DNA of 64,000 nucleotides from Camelus dromedarius (taxonomy: Eukaryota), in contig NC_087436.1 in assembly GCF_036321535.1 (NCBI RefSeq), forward strand, positions 80,540,001 through 80,604,000. The letters run 5' to 3'. Made by a program: the position numbers and the translations under genes. Below are positions 1-12,035 of this stretch, piece by piece. The notes below the pieces were generated by a model, which did no database searches, had not been told where the DNA came from, and saw only the letters and a program-made list of their open reading frames with translations. How positions within the stretch are numbered: position 1 is the stretch's first letter; each line of letters begins with the position of its first letter.

Positions 1-1217
1 ACAATGAACATTAAGATATTCCTCAAGATAAGACAATTTTTTAAATGTTCTATTTGTTATTAAACAACAGTTCAATAGATTGCTGAGCTGATCAAATGAG
101 ATAATACACATGAAAATCAACTTTGAAAAAGATCAAGACAGTAAAATTACTAATGGTATCTTTAACAATTAAGCCAACTTAATAATTACAACTGTTGTTT
201 TTGAGAAGGTGGAGAAGACCTAAGTTACATGAGCAATAGTGTATAATTACGTTATCTGACTCTGAATTGCAAGTTCATACAGATAAAGAGGTCTGGACAG
301 AAGCTGTAGTTAAATGATATATATGGGAGAGACTGAAAAGTCTCACTGACAAAATAAATCATCTCTGCGTAACAAATTAAAAACGTAGTTCAGAAGAACT
401 GTTTTACTGTCACCTGCTAATTTCAGTATGTTGCCATTGAAACACCTTAATCGGATCTCCCACTTAACTTTAAATGAGTCAAGGAGCTCATGGTAAAAGG
501 ATACAAATTTAGTGCTATCTTTAAAAAATTATATGGACTAAAAAGTAATTTTTAACTTTTATGAATCACAGAATTTCTTAAAACTTTGAAAGAAAAACAT
601 TCCTAGTCAAAGAATGTTGTATTAGTCTTTTAATTTCACTAATACTTAACAAATACATATTTAAATGATGATTTTACTTAAGGTTATGAGAATTAATAAA
701 AGAAATGATCAATATTAGCCCATCTTGAGAGTTGCCAATCATTTGATTTAAGCTTCAGCTTTCATGCTGCATTTCAGTACATACAGTTAGATGCAAAAAC
801 ACAGAAGGGGAGTTAGGAGAGCTCATTATCAGATTAAATAAGAATAGAACACAGACAATTTTAAAAGAAATGTATGTTCCCAGCCTACACTGAATAAATT
901 AAATTAGACAGCATTCAGAACAAGCAGAACACAAAACCTGTTAATTCTAAGTGTAGTACAACAGTTTTCTTTTGCAAAGTCCATTTAAAGCATAGTCATT
1001 TTCAAACTTATGCTTCAGGCTGATTATGTGAGACACATTAATAGTATTACACTTATTTCATTAATGAAAAAATCAAGCCCTAAACACCCCTTCCCACCTC
1101 CCTCCCCCCCAAAAAAAACACTTCCACAAGTTAGTCAGTAAAATAGTATTAGGACTCAGAGCTTCCATGCTTCTTTCTGTTTGATAATACATAACCACAC
1201 CTTGGGAATGAGATTAC

Positions 1218-1271
1218 CTGAAGGTGTTGTGCCTTTGAAATCCTTGGCAGACAGCGGGGCACACTGTTTTT
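1218..1271 (-). CDS. WDFY3: Candidate 54-nt alternative (cassette) WDFY3 exon adding 18 aa (EKQCAPLSAKDFKGTTPS)
   Basis: Acceptor cctttttttttaaacag| and donor CAG|gtaatc. The length is a multiple of 3, phase 1-1 matches the upstream exon, and there is no stop in the required frame. The flanks are repeat-free and motif-rich. Confidence 0.75.
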
Positions 1272-2119
1272 CTGTTTAAAAAAAAAGGCCAGGTTGTCTA
1301 ATTGGGGATTCACTACATTATACTAATCTCGCCACAAGATGCCAACTGTGGTCAGCATCACCTGGCTTCTACGGCACTGGGCCTCCGCCCAGTGGGGAAT
1401 GCACCACTGGGCACTACAGTGGCACCCAGCATGCAGAAAAGTCATTAATAATAAACTGAAGATACTATTTTTACACAGGTAGAATTTTCTGCTTCAATGA
1501 TGTAAATCAATCATGTGCCTTTAGAATTAAGAAGACTGAATGGCTGAACACAGCAAATAAACAGAAAAGACGAAGAAGAGTCTTAAGCCATACCTTGTAC
1601 ACAATATGGCCACAAAATTATTTTCTCAAATTAGTTGAGAGAGTCACTACATATACTGAACAAAATCACAGGGAGGCAATAACCAAGAGAGAATTAAGGG
1701 AGAGAAAACAGAACAGTGACGTTGCCCTAATGTATTACACATCAGTCCACATACTCATTTTGCATGTTGATATACCCAAAACATTCCATTTTTACTAATT
1801 TCTGACAGATAGATTTAAATAACAGAATTTCAGGTAAGTATGGTTCCTACTGAGACATCTACAATCCCTGTTAGAAGTGACCTGGTAAAAAGACTTGATG
1901 TGTGAATGGGGATCAGGTAAACAGAATAACAAGTATTTCACATCAAATTCAGAGAAGTCCTGGAAAAATAATCTTGCTCTAAAGTGCAACACATAGAGCC
2001 AATTTTTAAAAGAATAATAGAGGGTTCATTTCATCTGCTTTTTTTTCTTGGAGAACATTATATGCATGTAAATTATAACAAAATTACTTTCAGTGAGAAC
2101 TTCCTGTGAAATAAATAGT

Positions 2120-2360
2120 TATGTGAGGTATTGAAAGCAGCCCAATTCACAGAAGCAGAAAGTAGAATGGTGGCTGCCAAGGGCCGGGAGGAGAAAGAAA
2201 TGAGTTGCTGATAAGTGTGTATAAAGTTACAGTTATGTAACGTGAAAAAGTCCTGGAGATCTGCTGTCCAATACTGTACTTTTACAATTACCTGTACTGT
2301 ACATTAAAACATTTGTTCACAGGGCAGTTCTCATGTGATGTGTTTTTACCACAATAAAAA
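2120..2360 (+). mobile_element. Old L1 (L1MA/MB-type) 3' end fragment
   Basis: acagaagcagaaagtagaatggtggctgcc...gttctcatgtgatgtgtttttaccacaataaaa resembles an L1 3' UTR. Confidence 0.7.
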
Positions 2361-3241
2361 CCAATTGATCAATCAGAAAATCAGAATGGGATATGCAAGA
2401 GGAAAGACGATTCAAGATGTACCTAGATCAAAATCTAGAATTTTTTACCAAAAAAATCAAAAGATCAAAAAACCTCCAAAAAAGTACTTTTTGGTCACAA
2501 CACTGATCAAAAGAAATTTCCAATGTTCAAGGCTTAAAATGAAAGAAGAGGAACAAGGATTCCAACAGCCAGAGTTCTTCAAGGCTGCCTGGGAAGATAC
2601 TTCAAAACTATTTTCTCTCTTAAACACCAGGAAGCTGGCTTTTCTAACATTCCCAAAACATTAAGCGGAGGGAAGGGAGGGCACAGAGAAATCCCATCAA
2701 AATCAGTAAAAATTTGTTGAGCACCTAATCTGTGACAATCATTCTTTCAGGTGAACAGAGATGAACACCACAGACAATAAAACTAAATAAGTAAATAAAC
2801 AAGATACTTTCAGATGATGACAAAGCTCTGAAGGAAGTATTTAATGTGACTGAATAAATTACTAACTGGTGTGGATAAAAGTGATTAGGAAAGGTTTCTC
2901 TTGTGGAGGTAAAACTTACACAAACTGAATTGAATCTCACTGGATTCTAAAGTTAATGAATTTCAAAAGTTTAAAACTGAAAATTACTTGGAATTACATG
3001 ATGTGAAAAATATATCTTCAAATACCTGGCAAACAAGATGTCATCAATAGAGGAAGGCAGATGAAGGAAGGCCACAAGGGGTTTCAGGTACTACGTCTCC
3101 AACTTCCTGTGAGTCCATAATTATTTCAAAATAGGAAGTTTAAAAAAAACACAAAAAACTTGTGTAACTCTTACTGTAATTAACAATGAAACATATCCTC
3201 CATTTAAGACACTGTCCATTATTTCTAAAAAACTGCCTTAT

Positions 3242-3355
3242 AAAGATGTATGAAAATGAATGTATGTATGTATATGCATGACTGGGACATTGTGCTGTAC
3301 ACCAGAAATTGACACATTGTAACTGACTGTACTTCAATAAAAAATAAATTAATTT
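3242..3355 (+). mobile_element. Young, severely 5'-truncated L1 3' end (camelid-type)
   Basis: gtatatgcatgactgggacattgtgctgtacaccagaaattgacac...cttcaataaaa. Flanked by a near-identical target duplication aaaaa(c/t)tgccttat. The same sequence recurs at about 26320 and 60500. Confidence 0.85.
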
Positions 3356-3947
3356 TAAAAATTGCCTTATGCAAATAAAATTGTAAAGGATTGAGGAAAA
3401 CAAATCTCCAATGTAGAAAAATGTTTTTCTATAAACATGCAGATTAGGTATTTTTAAAGACAGCAACAGAAAGGAGAGTATAAATAAATTCTGGAACTTT
3501 GAAAAAAATCTATGGATGTCACTCAAGAAAGAAAATGCAATGAGAGGAGCCAACATATGAGAAAGAAATTTCCCTTCATACTATCTACTTGAAATAGCTA
3601 AAAAGGCACAAAACACACAACTCTAAAATTTAAGACCAACTTCCCATTTCAACAGGAGGATGCAATCCCACTTTGGGTGGAGCAGGGAGAAGACGGGCAG
3701 GAAGATTACCTTAAACTATCTTAATCACCTCTCCTGGGACTTGATTCAAGGACTGCAAATATAATTAAAATTGTCTCACTTTAAAATCCATATATCAGTT
3801 CATATAATGTCCTGTTTCTGATTAAGAGATTTTTGTCCTCAATCTAAAAATACTTTAATGGCTGTTTCTCCAAAGACTCCATATGGGCCCCAGATAAAGA
3901 CAGAAGTTTGAGCACATGCGTTTATCTCCTCTCTCCTGAAACCCCAC

Positions 3948-4300
3948 TGCCATGCACTGAACTGTGCTCCCAGCCCCAGATTCATATTTGAAGCCTAAAC
4001 CCCTAATGCGATGGTATTTGGAGGTGGAGCCTTTGGGAAGTAATTGGGTTTGGATGAGGTCACGAGGGTGGGGCCCTTGTGACGGGATTAATGCCCTTAT
4101 AAGAACAGACACCAGAGATCTCTCCCCTCCAGGCGAGACCACCCTGAGAAGGTGCATCTGCAAGCCAGGAGAGATCTCACGAGAAACCAGTCATGCAACA
4201 CCTTGATTCTGGGCTTTCAGCATCCAGAACCGTGAACAGAAATTTCTGTCGTTTATGCCACTGGTCTATGATATCTTGTGGCAGCCCAAGTAGACTAACA
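3948..4300 (+). mobile_element. MaLR solo LTR (MLT1A-like)
   Basis: TG...CA ends. ggtatttggaggtggagcctttgggaagtaatt...gatgaggtcacgagggtgggg...gggattaatgcccttataagaa...gcagcccaagtagactaaca. Confidence 0.85.
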
Positions 4301-4309
4301 TGCCAGTAA

Positions 4310-7270
4310 AACTATTGTTTAAAAGGATTTTTTAAAAAGTATAAACCCATAAGAACAAAGAAAACAGAAAAGGTAAAAGCAACAAAACTTTGGATTCTAA
4401 AACAGCAGAGAAGTCAGTGGTAACTGATTTAGCAAATTCTAGAATCTTAACTTAAAGCAAGTGAAAGGAAAATAGAAAAGCAAATTACTATAAGAGAACC
4501 TCCAAGAGGCTCAGAATTGGTACCTTCAGAAGCAGAAGTAAATGTGGGACTGTACGCAGAAGGACTGCTGAAGAATGTCTAAGAGCAGCTAGACCCAGAT
4601 CCCCATTACTATGTGGGTACTAGACTGGAGATTAATTCATTGAATAGAAAAAGAGAGGGTGTTTGGATTGAGATGGAGGAGGGACAGACAACGACATCAC
4701 GTCAGGCACAGTTGTGGTCTCATCATGAAGATAAAATAGATGCTTATGTACTAAATGTTAAGTAAGGGTCCTCAGACCTTTCTCCAACTTGGCTTCTGAA
4801 CTGTTCAGAGTCAGCTATATACTAAGTAAAGATTGGATATTCTTCTGTAGGGACTCTGCCTAGCTCAAGGGAAAGATGGTCAACAGAATGGCCCAGCAAG
4901 ATGACCCTGGGCTGAGGCCCACATCTGCAAGCTCCACCCACAATTACAAAGCTACCCTACAGCTTTCCAAGGATGACACACGTGAGGGCATTCTCTAATA
5001 TAAAAGACAGAGACAAAAACAAATTAACAAAAAAGTCAACCTGAAAGAAAGAGACTATTTAGGAAGATAAAAATCTGAAAAGAAAAGAAACGGAAAAAAA
5101 ATTAAAAAGAAAAAGAAATCTCAGAGAATTAAGAGAATCCATGAAAAAAACATACCAACAAAAAAGAAAAAAACTCCTAGAAATTAAAATTATAATGTCA
5201 CAAATGAAAAAGAAACTTATAGAAGGGAAAACTGAAGAGCTCTTTTAGCAACTAGATTTAAAAAAAATAAATAGAAAATAAGACAGGAAAGATAAAAAAA
5301 CGATAGTGACAATCTTAAGGATACATGTGATGAGAAAGAGAAAACAGAGGGGAGGATATTATTACATAAATAATTCATAAACTTTCTCAAAATTAAAGGA
5401 TATGAATTCCCAGACTAAACTAGTCCAATTGAGTACTCAGTATAATGTATAAAACAGGTCCACTCCAAGGCATGTTATCATGACATTTTAGAACAGGAGG
5501 GCCAACAAGAGGATTCTAAATTTTCCCATTTTTTAAAAAAAATGAAAAGAATAGAAAAGAAACAGGCCACAGACAGAGAATCAAGAATCTGGGTAGCTTT
5601 AGATTTTTCAATACCAATGTAAGAATCTAGAATATGATGGAAAAGTAATTTTTAAACTCTGAGATAAAATGACTTCCAACCTTGAATCTGATACCCATTG
5701 AAAGGAGGATAAATGCAATGGAAGCTGCGAGATTTTCCAAAATAACCCCGAGAGGTCACCCTGGGCTGCCCAGAGAAGGACCCACTGACCATGTACCCAG
5801 AGGTACTGCACCTAAGCTCAATTTCCCATGACACTGGTAGCTTCCATTCTCTGTAGGAGGGCCTGCAACTCCCCCTGTGCCCACAAATCTCCTGAGGCTT
5901 AACAGCTAGATTTCTCAAATAACTTCTGTAAACATCCAGTAAGTACTCAAATCCAGTACTCAAACAGCCTCCATCATGAACAGTCTGCGTTTCTTCACCG
6001 ATGAGATGGCAGTCATGCTTGGATTTTAGGATGGGGTATGCCAAGCACAATTCTCTGTGAGAAAATGAGGGTGAAGGACTTGTGACTTCTTTTCCCTTGC
6101 TGAAGCTTGGTTTTCTAAGTTTCCCTTTTCTGCAATAAAGTCGTCCCATATGACGTGCTGGAGTTTGTTCTGAGCCCTGCTACCTGAAAACTTGTCAACT
6201 TGAACGTTATCACTTTCCTTGGTGAAGGGAAAGGAACTCATTTTAATATAGCAAGAGTCAAAGAAATCTTCACTCACGACATTTCTAAAAACAAAATCCA
6301 AAAACCAAAAATGGTAACTCCCCTGCATCCTTTCTCAGGAAGCTGTTGAACAAGACACTTTACCAAAACTGAGGAAGTTAATTTGAGAAAATAGATGACA
6401 TGAGATTCAGGAAACAGAGGCTCTATCACAAAGAAGCGGAAAGGCATCCCAGGATGACATGAGAGAAGATGCAAACATGACAGCTATCCAGCTGGCTTAG
6501 GGCGCAGCTACTACAGATTAAGGCAGGCCAGAAAGTTCTGTAAGAGTTACTTGCAAGAAGATGAAACTGATACAGTATCTGATGTCTTCAGTCATATTGA
6601 GGGGAGGTTCGAGAAAACAGAGGAGTAGGGGAAGATTTTATGAAGAAAATATTGAAAACTAGTTTTTTTTAAGGCAATTATTAACTCTGATAGAGGTGAA
6701 AACGTTTTCAAGAAAGGAAAAGTAAACACAGCATACCATATTGCTCATCTTTGTCTAGTATTTTAACTCACAATAATATAATGAGGGGGAGGATATAGCT
6801 CAAGTGCTTAGAGCACATGCTTAGTATGCATGAGGTCCTGGGTTCAATCCCCAGTACCTCCTCCAAAAATAAATACATCAACCTAACTACCTGCCTCCCC
6901 AAAATAAATTTTAAAAATAATGATTACTAATCTAGTCAAACTATGAGAGGATGATATGGGGGTAAGAAGTGTGCATCTGTGGGGTAGCGATGGTTAGCTT
7001 AAGAGTAAAAGTCTCATTTTCTCCTGTGGGAAGTCAGAAGATAGTGTCTAAGTATGAAAAATCAAGAGCACACACTGTAAGCATGTGACATAGAGATACA
7101 CACCAAAAACAGGTTAAGAGAGGTTAAAAAGTGCATCTCAGGAGTAGAAACTAGGGATGAAGCAGGATAGTGAAAAGGAGATGCTGTTTTTAATAATAAG
7201 CCTTTTAACTATTTGACCATAAAACCATCTGCCCATATACTTTTAAAACTGAAAATAAAAAATAAAAAAG
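4310..7270 (+). mobile_element. Degraded HAL1/old L1 ORF1-type element, interrupted by insertions
   Basis: A-rich ORF1-like sequence. Contains cctttctcaggaagct...gacatgagattcaggaaacagagg and a 3' end ataagccttttaactatttgac typical of HAL1. Confidence 0.6.
6785..6920 (+). mobile_element. tRNA-Ala(AGC)-derived SINE (camelid vic-1 type)
   Basis: ggggaggatatagctcaagtg...tgcttag...gaggtcctgggttcaatccccagtacctcc carries A and B boxes, followed by an A-rich tail. Short duplication ataatga on both sides. Confidence 0.88.
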
Positions 7271-8310
7271 TAAGATTAAATAAGATTACATAACAAGGCA
7301 TTACTGTTATTATTAGAAAAATAATAATTTGATGGGTGGAAAAGATAAGTGATTTTTGAAAAAGATAATAGAAACAAAATTTAAATTATTGATTTCTCAA
7401 ATGCTTCAGTAAGAAAGCTATCACTCAACCATTACAAAACCAAAACAGCAAGTTACAAATTAAGATAAAAATCACTCATACATGTTGCTAATTTAGAAAA
7501 TGACTAATGGTAATTACAATCCAAAAAGCTTATTTTAATCTTGATTAAAAGGGATGCTACTCTATGAAGTTCAAAATTATCTAATTATGAGAAAAAATAT
7601 TCAGGCAGCATTTATGAAAGGCCTACTATGTAAAGCACTGTGGTAACGACTGTACTTACATAAAGACTCCTAAATAGTTCATGGTCTAATTGGAAGATAG
7701 AGAAACATACACAAATACCACTCGTGAAGCTGAGTAGTTAAGAAGAGAAAATTTTTTCCTTGATGAAGGGAATCAAGAAACATTCTGTCTAGGAAGTATG
7801 ACTTAATTCAAGCTGAGAAGATTTAGATATATTAAGATGGGGTGAGATTCTCCTCCTTGGGTGAAGCATCACAAGCAAAGGACAGAAGGAGGCATCGACA
7901 TGTTTGGGAGCGCAAGCTACACAGTTTGCTTGAAATACACAAAAAAGAAACAGGAAACCAAAAAGGGTAGATGCACACACACAAAATACATACACATATA
8001 CATCTCTCCAGCCCCTGGGTTTGCCTTGAATGTCATGCTAGGAATTTGGACTTTGTTCAGAAGGAAACAGAGCCTTGTTAAAAGGGTTGGGTGGGGGTGG
8101 TAGTGGTCCAAGGAAAGCAGCTCTGTGTAGAAATATTCGAGAGTAGGTGTTGAGACTAACAGAAGGCTGTGACCATAAGAATGGGAATGGGGCCTTGTAC
8201 TGAAATCCACCTGCTTAGAATCCAGTCAATTTTCTGTTTAATTTCAACAGTACTTTTACTGAACTGTCCATTCAAATAAATCAGTTCTTACTGGTTTCTG
8301 TAAAAAATAC

Positions 8311-8434
8311 CTGTGGATTTGTTTGATGCTCTCCTTCGAATTTCTGTCACCATCAGTCGTGAGACTTGTGTTGTGAACTGCAGAAGATCAGAAAATTTTT
8401 CTGTCATTGTATTTGGCGGAGCATTTCCAAAAAC
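8311..8434 (-). CDS. WDFY3: WDFY3 second coding exon (124 nt, aa 61-101 plus 1 nt)
   Basis: Translates to VFGNAPPNTMTEKFSDLLQFTTQVSRLMVTEIRRRASNKST and continues the previous exon in frame. T-rich tract with ccacag| acceptor, donor CAG|gtattt, ends in phase 1. Confidence 0.96.
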
Positions 8435-10499
8435 CTGTGGATGAGAAAAAAAAATTAATAAAAGCACTGTCAGCTTTTTTCTTTTATTTGTGCTTTTCAA
8501 AGTGTGGTTTGACTGAAAATCAAGTAAAAAACAAGTATGCTTGCACAGCTGCTCCAGATCTGAATGATGTATTTAAAACACAAGTCTTTCAACAAACCAC
8601 ATCCAGCCACATGTCCTTAAACACATAAAACAATCTGTTGAATGAATACTTAAATAAAATCTAAAAGCCAAAAACTAGTTATCTGTAAAATTTAAATCAA
8701 TCTTACCAGTAAATTTTAGAAATAGGATGTTTCTCTGAAGAAATCTAAATTAAGAATTTAGAGAAAAGTGGTTTCCTTGATGGTGAAAAGCTTCATCAGA
8801 TGGCAAAAAGCAGGGACTTATCTATTGCTAAGTCCTAGGATGAATACAGAATTCACTAAACTCATTTTATATCTCAGAATTTCTGAATGCTAACCACAGT
8901 AATTCCCAAATAAGACTGTTAGAAAAAATACTAGAATAAAGAAAATGAATGAGTGGATCACGAAATACACTTGTGTTTACAAAAATCCAAGACAAATGAA
9001 TTTTAGAATAAATTATTCTTGAAGATATGCTGGTATGGGTTCAGCAAAGAGAATAAGAAAATAAAACCTGGACAGACTATCATAGGAAAAGAAATGGTAT
9101 TATAACAGATATATAACTGAGAGTATCCTGGAATATTTTTTTAAATATTATAGCTAAAAGGAAATTCTGTGTCTCCTAAAATTATTATGAGAGTTCTTGA
9201 CCATAACACTAATTAAATAATATTTTGTATTCTTATTATCTGTTCAAATGTTACTACAAAGGTAGGAAACATATCTTACTCACCATGGTATTCCTTGCCA
9301 AACTTGCAACCTGTCTTTTATGGGGATGTTCCCTAAATATGGTTGTTCGTTTATACTGCCTGCCCCCAAAACCAAATTCTATAAAATGTTTAGATAGCAT
9401 AAATTATAACATAGAATATAAACTAAAAGTAAGAAAGAAAACAAAATCAAGCAAATAAAAACACTAAGGTTAGGGAGATGGACTGGGAAAAGAGCTCTAT
9501 ATTACCACATTTTAGTCATGAATTTTGGCTTATATATACACGAGAGAAGATCTAGTCAATTACATGGTTCATAATGTTATGAGGTAAGAAAAACATAATT
9601 TAAAAAGTATCTCTTTCTTCAAACTATAATATACAATTTTTTCCAAAAAGCCTAATAAAAGGATAATTTATAATATAATATCCTTGTAAAAGAAATGTTT
9701 CTAACATACTTAAATACTGTGTTTCTTACAACCACCCTCAAACTGAGCTTAAACTACCAAACACAATAAATCAGTTCTTCAGTGTATACTTTTTTCCATG
9801 TAGATAAGTCTATTCATTAACTTGACACAGGAATAATTTATCTCAAGAACAAATGAACTGTTCTTTTCAGGAACTCCTTAATAAATCATTTTTTCTGCTG
9901 AGATTTTGATAAATGTTATGTGCTTACAGTTAACCTGTGTTGCCTGTTAAATAAGACCCATATTATCTAACAAACAAACTGAAGACGGATCAGAAATTGA
10001 GAAGTCTAACAGTGACATGCTTGAATAGCTATTCCTCGTCCACTCAGTATGTGACTGCCTAATGAAGGTGTTTATAAAACAACTACATATTTTGCTCAAT
10101 TATTAAGTCTTTTATCAAATTGATTTAGATTTAAAGTAGATAAATATTCCTATTATTCAGACTATATTGATATATAATTTGCTCCTAAGAATTATTAAGC
10201 ACTATTTATTCCTTAGAGTATGACAACTTCGTAAGACAGGCTGCTCATTTCTTAGATAGTATAGCATATGGTTTATTCAAGCAGTTTTCATGCTGGGTGA
10301 ATAATACACTGCTAAAAATGCAGCTAACTTTTCAGGCAAATCCTGATGTATACGGGTTTATTGCCATAGGGAAATTTTTTCAAAAGGGAAGTCCTGCTTG
10401 AATTGACCAATCCAAAGTTAATGTTATGTCTGATTTGCTAATCTGAAATCAACAACTATTGCTTCTTTGACATAAATAATCTTCAGTGATCCAACAATG

Positions 10500-11000
10500 C
10501 TGATTCTTTCATTTATTCACTCATAAATATTTACTGGTCTCCTATAAATGACTCCAGGCGTATATATTTGAAGTCATGAACACAAAGGTAAATAAAGAAT
10601 TGTGAATACAAAGGCAAATAAAGCAAATATGATTCCAGTGCTCATGGAGTTTACATTTTAGTACAGGAGGCAAATGTTAAGTTAATTAAAAAATGAAAAT
10701 TATGTTGGATAGTGACACGTTACAAAGGAAATAAACACGGTAACTGAAAGGGAATGCCTGAAGTGGGAAAAGACTGTCAGAAAAGGTTTCTCTGAGACAA
10801 CACTGATGCTGAAGGATCATTCTGAATAAAGAAAAAAGGTCACAATAAGGAAAGACGGTGCCAGGCAGTGAGATCTGTACTAAGATCTCAGCATGGGCAA
10901 GAGACTGGACGGCTGAGGAGTCAAAACTGGGTGAAGCCGGAGTGTTTCAAATGAGAGGTGAAACGGTACAAGATGAAGCTGGAGAAGTACAAGGGCTAAA
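10500..11000 (-). mobile_element. L2 3' fragment
   Basis: Starts ttcatttattcactcataaatatttact (reverse complement of the L2 3' terminus) and continues ctcatggagtttacattttagt. Confidence 0.65.
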
Positions 11001-11562
11001 GCATGAACCTGACATTTTAGATAACACCGAATATATAAGGCAGCAAAGAAAAGACTAGATTTTTTGTAATTGACTTTAACAACTAAATTTTAAAATATCA
11101 GGTATGTATTCACTACCCTCCACAAACAGTAGGAAACAGACAATGCTTCAATCACACATTTAAATGTGCTCCACAGAGGCTGGAGCATGAAGTTGAGAGC
11201 CAGGAGGCTTGGATTCTCCTTCTCACCCTCAGGGACTGACTACTGATCAAAATTTTCTGGTTCTTAGTTCCCTCATGTGTCAAAGGAGAGAGCTGAGCAA
11301 GAGAAGTGGTAATACATTCAACTCAGAGGGTTGAGTCTATAATAGACATGTGACATTCATAACCCAGATGAAAAAATAGTACCGAGGAAAAAACGCACAA
11401 CAATCATTATCATATAATGAGCACCGACAAATACTTGACATGTAATGTCATTCAAATTTCATTAAATCCTATACAGTATCCCCATTTTAGAGACAAGGAA
11501 ATTAAGAGTTAGAGAAGGTAAACAATAAGAGGTGGTGGAGAGAGAATTCAAAATTAGGTCTG

Positions 11563-11988
11563 TCTCCTAAACAGACATTTCTCCAATGAAGACACACAAA
11601 TGGTCAATAGGCACATGAGAAAATGCTCAGTACCACTATGAGAAAAATGCAAATCAAAACTACAATGAGTTATCATCACACACTGGTCAGAGTGGCCATC
11701 GTTAAAAAGTCCACAAAAAGTAAATGCTGGAGAGGGTGTGGAGAAAAGGGAACACCCCTACATGTTAGTGGAAAGGTAATTTGGTGCACCATTATGGAAA
11801 ATAGTATGGCGATTCCTTAAAAAACTAAAGTTGCCATATGATTCAACAATCCCACTCCTGTGCAAATATCTGGAGAAAACTTTAATTAAAAAAGATAGCC
11901 CAGTGTTCACAGGAGCACTAGTTACAACAGCTAAGACATGGAAGCAACCTAAATGTCCACTGACAGATGACTAGAAAAAGAAGCTGTG

Positions 11989-12035
<47 letters not shown>

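Noticed and set aside
1..1080. Next constitutive WDFY3 exon (EAASRAIVQF...)
   Set aside because: I found no matching sequence. It probably lies beyond the left edge of the window.
5652..6149. 165-aa minus-strand ORF, the longest in the window
   Set aside because: No recognisable protein similarity, and it runs across a repeat/insert junction.
6785..6862. tRNA-Ala gene (also at 26166 and 34284)
   Set aside because: The stems are diverged, and the shared A-rich tails and TSDs show these are SINE copies.
8288..8500. Stand-alone 70-aa ORF
   Set aside because: Only 8311-8434 is exonic. The flanks are translated intron.
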